Below, piece by piece: positions 9,935-17,291 of a DNA stretch of 45,318 bases. A model generated the notes under the pieces. The model did no database searches and was not told the origin of the DNA. It was given only the letters and a program-made list of their open reading frames with translations. The stretch lies in the IMG/VR virus record IMGVR_UViG_3300033416_000013, positions 1 to 45,318 of that record; one strand, given 5' to 3'. The translations under genes were made by a program, and so were the position numbers. Each line of letters begins with the position of its first letter. The first letter of the stretch is position 1. The stretch comes from a virus (Duplodnaviria; Caudoviricetes).

Positions 9935-10294
9935 CTACATGGGTTCGGCCTTGTCGCCCGTAAACTCCACGCTGATTTTTCCGTCTGGGCTGCCCATGTA
10001 TTGGGTCGCCTTGGTAACACGTGCATTTGCGATGGAGTAAACCTCCCCGTTGTAGCACTCCAACATTAGGGCATTTCCATCCCAGCTTAGTATGTCAGCT
10101 GGGGAGGTGTTTTTACCTGTGGATATGTCCACATTTATGGTGGATGGCTTGGTGGTGTGGTAGTGGTAGATGTGGCCGTCGGCGGCACGATAGTACTCCA
10201 GATAGGTTCCGCCGGGGATAAATCCCCCACTCTCGGAGATTTCCAACTGTTCGCCGTCCACGTAGAGTTTGACGATGCTTAAGGCTTTGCTCAT
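9935..10294 (-). CDS. Mu-like tail tube protein (second copy, outside the tail module)
   Basis: 119 aa; LYVDGEQL...PGG...PSTINVDI...LECYNGEVYSIANA...DGKISVEFTG resembles Mu gpM-type tubes. Confidence 0.72.
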   Translation of the reverse strand: MSKALSIVKLYVDGEQLEISESGGFIPGGTYLEYYRAADGHIYHYHTTKPSTINVDISTGKNTSPADILSWDGNALMLECYNGEVYSIANARVTKATQYMGSPDGKISVEFTGDKAEPM

Positions 10295-10303
10295 GGGTTC
10301 CTC

Positions 10304-10660
10304 TTAAGAGGGGTCCTCGTTTTGGGTTTCCGCCGCCTGGGGCGGCCAGATCGCAATCTCAGATAGGAGCATGGCGCAAACAGCCTCTTTGTTTTCGTGC
10401 TTGGGGGCGTATGAGCGCATGAGCGCCCGAGTGTACCGCGCCACCCTCGTTACCCATTCAGGGTCCAGCCCATCCTTATATTTCAAGGGGGACTTTAACC
10501 CGCGGAAAAACATTTCATCGAAGAGCTTGTTGTAGGGGGTTTTACCCCCATAAAATCCACGCTTTTTTGCCTCTTCAAGCAAGCGTTCGTCAGTCCCGAA
10601 TGTCGGGAAAGCCAAATCAACCTCTGTTACTGCAAGAAATTCAAACTTTGAGAGATCCAT
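10304..10660 (-). CDS. Hypothetical phage protein
   Basis: GGAG RBS; SYAPKHENKEAVCAMLLSE motif; co-directional with neighbours. Confidence 0.65.
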   Translation of the reverse strand: MDLSKFEFLAVTEVDLAFPTFGTDERLLEEAKKRGFYGGKTPYNKLFDEMFFRGLKSPLKYKDGLDPEWVTRVARYTRALMRSYAPKHENKEAVCAMLLSEIAIWPPQAAETQNEDPS

Positions 10661-10719
10661 GTTACTCCTATGGTTTACTGGGCGGTGTCATTGGATATGG
10701 ACTGGGGCTCTGGCTTGCC

Positions 10720-11223
10720 TTACCGCCAGATCGCCCACCATGGGCGGTTAAGATGGTCCAGCTCAGCTTGGCCCTTTTGCAGCTCTACCTCTCGGGCTTG
10801 CCATCCCATCAATTGGTCGCGCCAGTCGTTGCAGGCGGTGTAGTTGGCCTCGATGGTGCCGGTAAGGTCTGCAATTGGGACGGGGGCCGCGTCAGCCATT
10901 CGTCCGGGATCGGGCGCCTCGCCAGTGGCAAGGAGGTCGTGCAACACGCGGACAGAGCCAGGGAGCACAGGATCAGGCAGTGGACAGGTCTCATTTTTAG
11001 CCTCGTGAACTGTCAAGGATTCCTTGACGGTTGCGATTATGGCCTTGCGCTTGGCGCTGGCCGATTTAAGCGGTTCGATGGCCTGGGCCACGTTGGCGTC
11101 CACCTTCGTGGCGACGATGGCCTGATTCGTGGCGCGGGCCACCTCCGACTCGGACGCATAGTGGTACATGGCCAGAGCCCCAAACGCAAACCCGATTGCC
11201 AGGGTGGTCAAGATGCGGATCAT
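10720..11223 (-). CDS. Rz: Inner-membrane spanin (Rz-like)
   Basis: N-terminal TM, helical periplasmic region, CPLPD and NYTACN motifs; contains an embedded lipoprotein ORF. Confidence 0.72.
   Translation of the reverse strand: MIRILTTLAIGFAFGALAMYHYASESEVARATNQAIVATKVDANVAQAIEPLKSASAKRKAIIATVKESLTVHEAKNETCPLPDPVLPGSVRVLHDLLATGEAPDPGRMADAAPVPIADLTGTIEANYTACNDWRDQLMGWQAREVELQKGQAELDHLNRPWWAIWR
10809..10994 (-). CDS. Rz1: Outer-membrane spanin lipoprotein (Rz1-like), embedded in Rz
   Basis: GAGG RBS, signal peptide with lipobox LSAC, Pro-rich mature part, alternate frame inside Rz. Confidence 0.72.
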   Translation of the reverse strand: MRPVHCLILCSLALSACCTTSLPLARRPIPDEWLTRPPSQLQTLPAPSRPTTPPATTGATN

Positions 11224-11762
11224 TTTTTTGCCCTCCAATCATCGTGGAGGGGAGTCAGCAACAAGCCCAAGTACAACCCGTCGGATACCAAGACCAGCCC
11301 CAGGTGAATCAAGACATACGTGGCCAGCATGTCGTAGTGCATGTATGCGATCCCCATGCAGGTGAGGTAGGCGACGTTAAACGCCACCAGTGCGATGAGC
11401 GCGGCGATAAATTTTGTCAACGGGGTCATGGGGCTCTCCTTGAGCCGCGGAACGGGTGACTGGTTAATGCCCGCCCACGATTCGACCTCCTGACGGGGGT
11501 CTATAGGGCGGAACCATAGGGCGAAAACGGCAGGGCTGCGCACTTCATGACGACCATCTGGGTAGGTAACTACCCAATCTCCCTGGCACACCCGTTTTAC
11601 CCCGACCGGAGTCTGTATCTGACCGTGATTGTTATGGTCGTAAAATCTCTTGCAGTCTTCGCAAGTACCGATCGCCATACTTCCAGTCACCGCCGGGTGG
11701 TCCCCATGACGGAACCACTGCACGGCGTCGACCTCCATCCCATCGTGTACGTATCTAGTCAT
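11220..11762 (-). CDS. AxQW...GDW-family protein fused to a 2-TM tail; probable internal start at 11429
   Basis: VDAVQW, CEDC, HG, VCQGDWVV; AAGGAG RBS before in-frame MTPLTKF. Confidence 0.6.
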   Translation of the reverse strand: MTRYVHDGMEVDAVQWFRHGDHPAVTGSMAIGTCEDCKRFYDHNNHGQIQTPVGVKRVCQGDWVVTYPDGRHEVRSPAVFALWFRPIDPRQEVESWAGINQSPVPRLKESPMTPLTKFIAALIALVAFNVAYLTCMGIAYMHYDMLATYVLIHLGLVLVSDGLYLGLLLTPLHDDWRAKK

Positions 11763-12304
11763 GGCTGGCCTCCAAATTTGGCGCGATAGTCTTTTTCCGA
11801 CATCACATGGTATGTCCCGGGTGATGTGATTATTACCCAGTCACCAGGGCAAACCGTCATTGGGATGAGGTCTGGTAGTTGTTGCCCTGCCGAAATATAT
11901 GTATACGGGTCGTTAACCGTACTGGCGAGGTTAATGTGGATGATTTTTGGCTTATCAATGTTTTGGGCATAAAAATCACCCTCACTATTCGGGCGCGACC
12001 TCAACAAGCCATGGCCCTCTGCGGTTTTACCGCACCTTTCGCACAAGATCGACTCCACCCCATTGAGCCTGGTTATGCTTGGGGACTCTCCCGCCCCCGG
12101 GATTAGCTGGTATGACAGCGCCGTATTGGGGTGGATATTAAACCAGATGTGCTCAAAATCTGGCGTCAGTTTTGACACATCTGGGGCCTCAAAAATCATC
12201 TTTTGCCCCATGGGGTAGTCAAAATCCTTCCACACGCTGGAACCCCTGTAATCCTCGTTACCGCACATATTTTTGATCTGGACAACAGCCCAACCTTTGT
12301 TCAT
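11759..12304 (-). CDS. AxQW...GDW-family paralog
   Basis: CERCGKTAEGHG and TVCPGDWVII motifs; 4-bp overlaps with neighbours. Confidence 0.6.
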   Translation of the reverse strand: MNKGWAVVQIKNMCGNEDYRGSSVWKDFDYPMGQKMIFEAPDVSKLTPDFEHIWFNIHPNTALSYQLIPGAGESPSITRLNGVESILCERCGKTAEGHGLLRSRPNSEGDFYAQNIDKPKIIHINLASTVNDPYTYISAGQQLPDLIPMTVCPGDWVIITSPGTYHVMSEKDYRAKFGGQP

Positions 12305-12672
12305 TTTTTCTCCAATTCGGCCAGGTGTTTCAGGTACTCCCGCTTGAGCCACCGCTTGGCGGCTTCGATGGTGCCCCAACTACGGGTTACCTTCGTCTCG
12401 CCAGTCCAAAGGCATGTCCCTTTGTACTGCCATCCCAGAGCAGATGAGTACTTGAGTTCGATCCGGCCCACCACAACAGGTGATCCACTCACGCTTGCGT
12501 GCATGTTTAAGCGAGTTTGACCCTGCCCCCAAGGGGCTGGGCTTGGATAACCTAGGCCCGTAAAAGAGATTATCGGCCTCGCGGCCACTTCCCCCACCCT
12601 TGGATCATCAAATGGATCATCAAATGGATAGGCCGACCTGCCTGGCTTGTATCGTATCGGTTTATCGCTCAT
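12301..12672 (-). CDS. Hypothetical protein
   Basis: 4-bp overlap coupling on both sides. Confidence 0.55.
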   Translation of the reverse strand: MSDKPIRYKPGRSAYPFDDPFDDPRVGEVAARPIISFTGLGYPSPAPWGQGQTRLNMHASVSGSPVVVGRIELKYSSALGWQYKGTCLWTGETKVTRSWGTIEAAKRWLKREYLKHLAELEKK

Positions 12673-13286
12673 TTATTGACCCCAGATTGATCTGTTACGA
12701 CCTTGGCGTGGGGAGGGGGGATCACAATCCCACCAGCCTGTTCTTTTTTGGCGTCCAGCACGAATTGCTCGAAGTCCAGTGGGGCGATGGATTCAAGATC
12801 GTCGGTGAAGGTTCGCGGCACGGAATCCCCGCCAGTGGGGGTGGTTATGATGTAGCGGCCATTGGCCCATCCCAGGCCAGGGCTAGAGATCACCAACAAG
12901 CCCTCATGCACACCAAAAACCGACAGGCTGCGCCCTTCTCCGCCCGTGATGATTTTTGTCACTTCCGTGCTGGTGCTGGGCCGCGTGGGAAGTGCTTTGA
13001 GTTGCTTTCTCGCTTCCCGGCCTGCCTTGGTTTTCAGGTTCGGGGTGAACAAAACGTGATTCTCCCGTTTCGAGGCCTGTTTCCAGACGCCGGGGTCGGG
13101 GGCTCCGTCTGCAATGCCGTCGCATCTGTCGTCACGACTGGTTGGGGTTTCCGCCCCCTGGGCCTTGGCAAAAGCTATCCATTGATCCATGACAGCCTCG
13201 CGCGCCACCATCAGCGCGATGATTTGGGCTTCGGTCTGACTTCCGGTCTTGACCAGCCAATGCTTTTCGATGATCTCATTCTCCAT
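12669..13286 (-). CDS. Hypothetical protein (start MENEIIEK)
   Basis: AGGGA RBS before ATG 13286; the upstream part of the called ORF is tRNA sequence. Confidence 0.65.
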   Translation of the reverse strand: MENEIIEKHWLVKTGSQTEAQIIALMVAREAVMDQWIAFAKAQGAETPTSRDDRCDGIADGAPDPGVWKQASKRENHVLFTPNLKTKAGREARKQLKALPTRPSTSTEVTKIITGGEGRSLSVFGVHEGLLVISSPGLGWANGRYIITTPTGGDSVPRTFTDDLESIAPLDFEQFVLDAKKEQAGGIVIPPPHAKVVTDQSGVNK

Positions 13287-13328
13287 GGTTCCCTTTGAGT
13301 TCGGGTTCAGGGTTGGGGTGAAGGGCAT

Positions 13329-13446
13329 TCGCTCCGTGGCGTCATTGCCCCGGGTGCCTCGGCACAGCCTAAAGGTGGGGGCGGGAGTCGAACCCGCGAC
13401 CCTCTGCTTGGAAGGCAGATGCTCTACCATTGAGCTACCCCACCGG
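13329..13446 (-). repeat. Repeat A copy 1 (tRNA-Gly plus 44-bp trailer), inverted relative to 24217-24334
   Basis: 118 bp with 2 mismatches by manual alignment. Confidence 0.92.
13373..13444 (-). tRNA. tRNA-Gly (TCC)
   Basis: GGTGGGG TA GCTC AATGGTA GAGC A TCTGC CTTCCAA GCAGA GGGTC GCGGG TTCGACT CCCGC CCCCACC T; full cloverleaf, U73, no encoded CCA. Confidence 0.93.
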
Positions 13447-13447
13447 G

Positions 13448-13579
13448 TTAGTCGTAGGGCCGGATTTGATACCGGCATCCTGGTCAACTCACTCCCCCGA
13501 CACCGGGGGCGGGACTAAACCCGCATGGCTCCCAGGCGGTACGGTGTCTAGCGGGTCACTCCCCGCCGCCTACGACTAA
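13448..13579 (-). ncRNA. 132-nt multibranched tRNA-shaped RNA
   Basis: 11-bp closing stem TTAGTCGTAGG/CCTACGACTAA, D-like hairpin GCGGG-GAGTGA-CCCGC, CCTGG/CCAGG stem enclosing two hairpins, T-like arm GCCGG-TATCAAAT-CCGGC. Confidence 0.65.
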
Positions 13580-13641
13580 TGGGTGCAGCGGGGATCGAAC
13601 CCGCCAGGGGCTGGCGCCCCTTATCCAACATCTACGCACCC
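13580..13641 (-). ncRNA. 62-nt minimal tRNA-like RNA (no D stem, 4-nt loop instead of anticodon loop)
   Basis: GGGTGCG/TGCACCC acceptor, TAGATGTTGGATA loop, AGGGGC-GCCA-GCCCCT, GCGGG-TTCGATC-CCCGC T arm, discriminator A. Confidence 0.7.
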
Positions 13642-14102
13642 AAATGGCCCATCAGGTGGGCCTCAAGCTCTGCCTTGCGCCTGCGGTAGACCTCAACCCT
13701 GTCCAGGTCTTTTTGAGTCGGTGACGCTATCCGCGATAAGTCCATGTTGTGCTCAAGATCGCAAATCTTGATCTTGATCAAACCGGCATCCTCTTTGATG
13801 CGCTCAAGGTAGGGTCCAATCCCCTCAAGTGGGTATTTTGTGAGCGTGAGTATCCCATCAACCACGCGGAGCGAGAACCCCATGTCAATCAGATCTTGCG
13901 TCGATAAATCTGTGTCCTCTATCAAGTCATGACCCAGGGCAGTGCAGCACAAATCGGGGTCTACGCTCGGCGTAATCCCAAATTTTGTCCGCAAAATCCA
14001 GTACACGGCATGCGCGTGGTATACGTACGGCGCCCCGCCCTTGTCGTACTGGTTGGCGTGGCGCTCGTACACCAGCTCGAGCATCTTATTGACCTGGTGC
14101 AT
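13632..14102 (-). CDS. HD-domain protein, RelA/SpoT hydrolase (Mesh1/small alarmone hydrolase)-like
   Basis: HANQYDKGGAPYVYH, ALGHDLIEDT, LTLTK, IKIKICDLEHN motifs; start could also be 14129. Confidence 0.85.
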   Translation of the reverse strand: MHQVNKMLELVYERHANQYDKGGAPYVYHAHAVYWILRTKFGITPSVDPDLCCTALGHDLIEDTDLSTQDLIDMGFSLRVVDGILTLTKYPLEGIGPYLERIKEDAGLIKIKICDLEHNMDLSRIASPTQKDLDRVEVYRRRKAELEAHLMGHLGA

Positions 14103-14454
14103 TTTGGCCTCCGATCTTGGCCCGCCCATATCCAATCCTCCCGGCCTGCTCGACCACGTCCCGCGCAAGCTGGATGTCGTACGGTTGCAGCACGGCCAGC
14201 ACCTTGACCATGTCGTCCAGGTGGTCGTCGTTGATGCGCGCGTCAAACATCTCCCAAGCCAGGTTGTAGGCGATGGCCATCTTGTACCGCGCCAGGTCGA
14301 TTAGGTCGATGGTCACAGCCGATGACCACGCCTCAGTCAACGCCCGCCGAAGTGACCGCGTAGGATCGTGGGCATCTTCGCCCGCGGCCACGGTCATCAT
14401 AATGATGCGCACCTGGCGGATGGCGTCCTTGATTTTCTCGGACTCAAAATTCAT
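14086..14454 (-). CDS. Hypothetical helical protein
   Basis: AAGGAG RBS; overlaps the HD gene start. Confidence 0.6.
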   Translation of the reverse strand: MNFESEKIKDAIRQVRIIMMTVAAGEDAHDPTRSLRRALTEAWSSAVTIDLIDLARYKMAIAYNLAWEMFDARINDDHLDDMVKVLAVLQPYDIQLARDVVEQAGRIGYGRAKIGGQNAPGQ

Positions 14455-14478
14455 GGGGGCTCCTTATTGTGTTAGGCG

Positions 14479-14507
14479 ATTACATCACAGTTTACCGGAT
14501 GAGTCAA
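14479..14507 (-). promoter_or_regulatory. Possible promoter for the HD/tRNA-like cluster
   Basis: TTGACT-N17-TGTAAT (imperfect -10); spacer shares TTACCGGATGA with the promoter at 17110. Confidence 0.35.
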
Positions 14508-14737
14508 TGGGTTTTTGGGGGGGTACCTAACCCGGCCTCTCGCAGCATCTCCATCACCGCATACTCCACCCAGCCCGGTATCTCCCGCTCTCCGTACTCC
14601 CATTTTTGGTAGGAGCGGAGGTTTACGCGCTGGATTTTTGCGAGCGCATCGACCATCTCGCGCTGGTACAGTCCCAATGCGTGGCGGGCGCATGCGAGTT
14701 CGTGGTGCGTCATCCTGGGCTCATTTTCAGGCTTCAA
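14504..14737 (-). CDS. XRE-family HTH regulator
   Basis: ARHALGLYQREM...VNLRSYQKWEYGEREIP. Confidence 0.8.
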   Translation of the reverse strand: MKPENEPRMTHHELACARHALGLYQREMVDALAKIQRVNLRSYQKWEYGEREIPGWVEYAVMEMLREAGLGTPPKTH

Positions 14738-15050
14738 CAGACATCTCCTTGGGGTAGTTGGGCGCGCGCACGCCTTTTGCCAGGCGGAGGTTGATTTTTT
14801 CGACCTGTTTCAGCAGGGTATCGCGCCGCTTTTCGAGGGCGGACCGCATCAGCTCTGCCGCCTCCACCTTGGTCCCGGCCAATTGCGCCTCGGTAAAGTT
14901 TTCGTTAAGCGCGTATCTTTCGCCGGGAGCCACAAGGACGTATACGTCCCCCATCTCGCCCTCACGAACGTCACGCACGGTCGTCCACTTGCCGGTGGTG
15001 CCTTGGACGAAGCACACCCAATCGCCTGATCTAAACCTGCTCATTGGCAT
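14727..15050 (-). CDS. Hypothetical protein (SH3-like N-terminus, coiled coil)
   Basis: FRSGDWV pattern; overlaps neighbours. Confidence 0.55.
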   Translation of the reverse strand: MPMSRFRSGDWVCFVQGTTGKWTTVRDVREGEMGDVYVLVAPGERYALNENFTEAQLAGTKVEAAELMRSALEKRRDTLLKQVEKINLRLAKGVRAPNYPKEMSVEA

Positions 15051-15537
15051 CCTCCACGTTGTAACGTTCGTTTTCGGCGGGCTTTTCGGTCGTCATGGTC
15101 CAACCTCGTGATGATCCGTATTTAACTTTCAGCGCCCAGGCTGGTTGGCAGCTCTCTCCAAAAGCACTGCAATCGGTGATTTTGTTTCGGGCGCACCCGC
15201 CGCACCCAAAGGACGGGTCGTACAGCCCATCATAGCCATCACGGGCCAGAGCATTCCCCAGCCAGGCCTCCAGGGACGGAGAGGTTACAGGAGGCTCTTC
15301 GTGTGGCTTAATATCCGACTGCGGACGAAATTTTTTCCACGGCCGGTAAAGCACAGGGCACGTTAAAATACATGGTTGGCCCAGGCAACGGACAAACTCA
15401 CTCATCAAGTCTGTCCGCTCCATCCCCCGTTGGACAGAGTCTAAATAGGGTAGCCCCATGGTCTCCCGATGGGGGCCACAATGTTTGACCCAGATGTCAT
15501 CCGTCCAAGTCCCTCTCATGTCGATTTTTTCGCTCAC
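15031..15537 (-). CDS. Hypothetical Cys-containing protein
   Basis: GYDGLY...CGGC...C...CQP; GAGG RBS. Confidence 0.55.
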   Translation of the reverse strand: MSEKIDMRGTWTDDIWVKHCGPHRETMGLPYLDSVQRGMERTDLMSEFVRCLGQPCILTCPVLYRPWKKFRPQSDIKPHEEPPVTSPSLEAWLGNALARDGYDGLYDPSFGCGGCARNKITDCSAFGESCQPAWALKVKYGSSRGWTMTTEKPAENERYNVEDANEQV

Positions 15538-15590
15538 TTCGCCTCTCTCCCGGGCAATGCCCGGGGTTCGGTGGTTATCGTGCTCATGCG

Positions 15591-15965
15591 CTATGCGCCC
15601 AGGGCATCGTCGATGGATTTTTTGACGTCCTCATAGCTGCTGTCGATACGGATTTTCCCCTCGCCAAAAAACACGGTAGATTTATCCGACCTCTGAAGGT
15701 AATGTACCACCTTCTCGGCCACGAAAAATCCACTCTCCCTCGAATCTGGATTGACGAATGGGATTGTGTGATGGCCATAACTCCCGACCTGGCGCCGGAT
15801 ATCATCAACCATGCCATGGATATCGTACGTACCATACGCTCCGCTTGGCCTGATGGTGATGATGCCTGGTGCGTCATTATCATCTCGCCACGCCGCGGTC
15901 ACCTTGCTGATGTCGATGGATACTTTTTCTCCGTCGCTGGCCAAAAATTCGGTAAATTTTGACAT
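15591..15965 (-). CDS. Hypothetical protein with two similar ~60-aa halves
   Basis: AAGGA RBS; each half is beta strands followed by a C-terminal helix. Confidence 0.55.
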   Translation of the reverse strand: MSKFTEFLASDGEKVSIDISKVTAAWRDDNDAPGIITIRPSGAYGTYDIHGMVDDIRRQVGSYGHHTIPFVNPDSRESGFFVAEKVVHYLQRSDKSTVFFGEGKIRIDSSYEDVKKSIDDALGA

Positions 15966-16043
15966 GTATTAATCCTTTTTATGTCGGTTGTGTGTTATTC
16001 GGCCGCGTGATACGGCCTCATTTTTTGTAGGCGATCATGTTGC

Positions 16044-16322
16044 CTACATGGGCTCCCCAGCAAACTCGGCGGCCCCAAACACATGCAACTCGTCTGCGGT
16101 AGGGCCTTTTTTGGGGGCGAAATAGTTGTATTTGACGGGGCGAGCGTTGCTCTTGGGGGTATTGACCAGGCTGGTAACCACCGCCTTAGCGGACTGGTAT
16201 GCCTGGGCGGCGGCAACGCGGTCATCTTGAGTGCTGTTGGTATCGGCCAGGACTTCACGCCATTTTTTGGAGGCCTCATCAGCGGCGGCACGGGCGGCTT
16301 TGATTTGTTCGTAGTTGCTCAT
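16044..16322 (-). CDS. Small protein directly downstream of repeat-B promoter
   Basis: GAGGGG RBS, MSNYEQ start. Confidence 0.65.
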   Translation of the reverse strand: MSNYEQIKAARAAADEASKKWREVLADTNSTQDDRVAAAQAYQSAKAVVTSLVNTPKSNARPVKYNYFAPKKGPTADELHVFGAAEFAGEPM

Positions 16323-16356
16323 GGCGGTCCCCTCTGGTTGTGCGTTTGGTTTCGTC

Positions 16357-16439
16357 GGGCTCATCCCTCACCCCATGATTAGACTATACGCCCAACGGGC
16401 GTATGAGTCAACAAAAAAATGCATCCACGCAAAAATAAT
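16357..16439 (-). promoter_or_regulatory. Repeat B copy 1: sigma70-like promoter with palindromic spacer
   Basis: TTGACT-N17-TATAGT with ATACGCCC-GTT-GGGCGTAT and upstream T tracts; 83 bp identical (inverted) to 27624-27706. Confidence 0.85.
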
Positions 16440-16472
16440 TGCGAAGCCGCATTGAATATGAGGTTGCGCCAC

Positions 16473-16952
16473 CTACTCCGGCTTGGGGTCTCCCCGGTCA
16501 TTGTCGGGGAGGATCGCCACGGCCTGCCCAATCTCCACCCTACCGGCCGTCATAACAGTCAGCTCGGCGGACTTGTCCAGTCCCAGCAGCTTGGCGCGGC
16601 GCTCCATGATCTTGAGGGCCAGCTCCCCGGCCTTGGGATCGCCAGCAAGGGCGTTGAGCCAAAACTGCTGCTGCAGCACGTCCAAGCGAGCCTGCTCGAT
16701 TGAGACGTAATGCGTTGCCATCCTGAGCCGCTCCTCGCGCATCTCCTCCATGATGACCTGCACGTCCCGTGTGATGGTGGACGGGTTGACGTTGTAGGAC
16801 TTGGCGATGGACGACTGGCGTTCGCCGGCCAGGAGGCGCGCGGCGACATCGGTGCGGCGTTTGTCCAGGCGGGCGTCTTCGTTGGGCCTACCCGGCTTGC
16901 GACCCTTCTTTTTTGCGGTCGGCGGCCTGTTCTGCGTCTTTTTTCCGGGCAT
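16473..16952 (-). CDS. terS: Putative terminase small subunit
   Basis: N-terminal HTH (QSSIAKSYNVNPSTITRD), GDPKA...IMERRAKLLGLD, C-terminal ILPDNDR. Confidence 0.65.
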   Translation of the reverse strand: MPGKKTQNRPPTAKKKGRKPGRPNEDARLDKRRTDVAARLLAGERQSSIAKSYNVNPSTITRDVQVIMEEMREERLRMATHYVSIEQARLDVLQQQFWLNALAGDPKAGELALKIMERRAKLLGLDKSAELTVMTAGRVEIGQAVAILPDNDRGDPKPE

Positions 16953-17037
16953 CTGCTTGCCTATTGAGTTTTGCGTTTTTGGGGCGCGGGTGTGCACATA
17001 TTTGCTTTTCCCCCCATCCCCGACCCCCGCCCCGTCA

Positions 17038-17066
17038 ATCATAGTAATAGCTATGTGTTATTGCAA
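17038..17066 (-). promoter_or_regulatory. Leftward sigma70-like promoter
   Basis: TTGCAA-N17-TATGAT upstream of the terS-like gene. Confidence 0.6.
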
Positions 17067-17109
17067 TAGGTGCTTACGGGATTATTTTTGGCCCGGGTGA
17101 TTTTTCGTG

Positions 17110-17138
17110 TTGACATTACCGGATGACTATACTAGTAT
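17110..17138 (+). promoter_or_regulatory. Rightward sigma70-like promoter
   Basis: TTGACA-N17-TAGTAT at the strand switch. Confidence 0.65.
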
Positions 17139-17153
17139 CAGATCAATCAAGGC

Positions 17154-17291
17154 TGCTGAGGGTGGATACCCATCCCGGTGTGGACAGACGGGGGGGCTAG
17201 AGTGTGCGCAGCCCCGTGGAGCAAAAGAGCATCCGCTGCCTGGTCATCCGGGCCAACGCATAGCCCAGGCGCACCAAGCCCAACCCCAGCA
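17154..17291 (+). ncRNA. Structured leader/ncRNA candidate
   Basis: Closing TGCTG...CAGCA and GGTG/CACC stems enclosing hairpins GGGGCT/AGCCCC, GTGGA/TCCGC, GCCTGG/CCAGGC; first gene with an RBS starts at 17359. Confidence 0.4.

Noticed and set aside
12601-12629. 12-bp tandem repeat TGGATCATCAAA
   Set aside because: Short in-frame duplication (FDDP twice); no further significance visible
13287-13487. Shared peptide MVEHLPSKQRVAGSTPAP in ORFs 12669-13487 and 24233-24757 (and antisense 13249, 24136, 24230)
   Set aside because: It is the translation of the duplicated tRNA-Gly; real starts with RBS lie downstream
15591-15965. FlbD-like tandem domains forming a motility-control module with the receiver protein
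   Set aside because: Resemblance is only a secondary-structure pattern and the genes are 6 kb apart
16953-17042. N-terminal extension of the terS-like ORF from 17042
   Set aside because: That ATG overlaps the predicted -10 box; 16952 is the more plausible start
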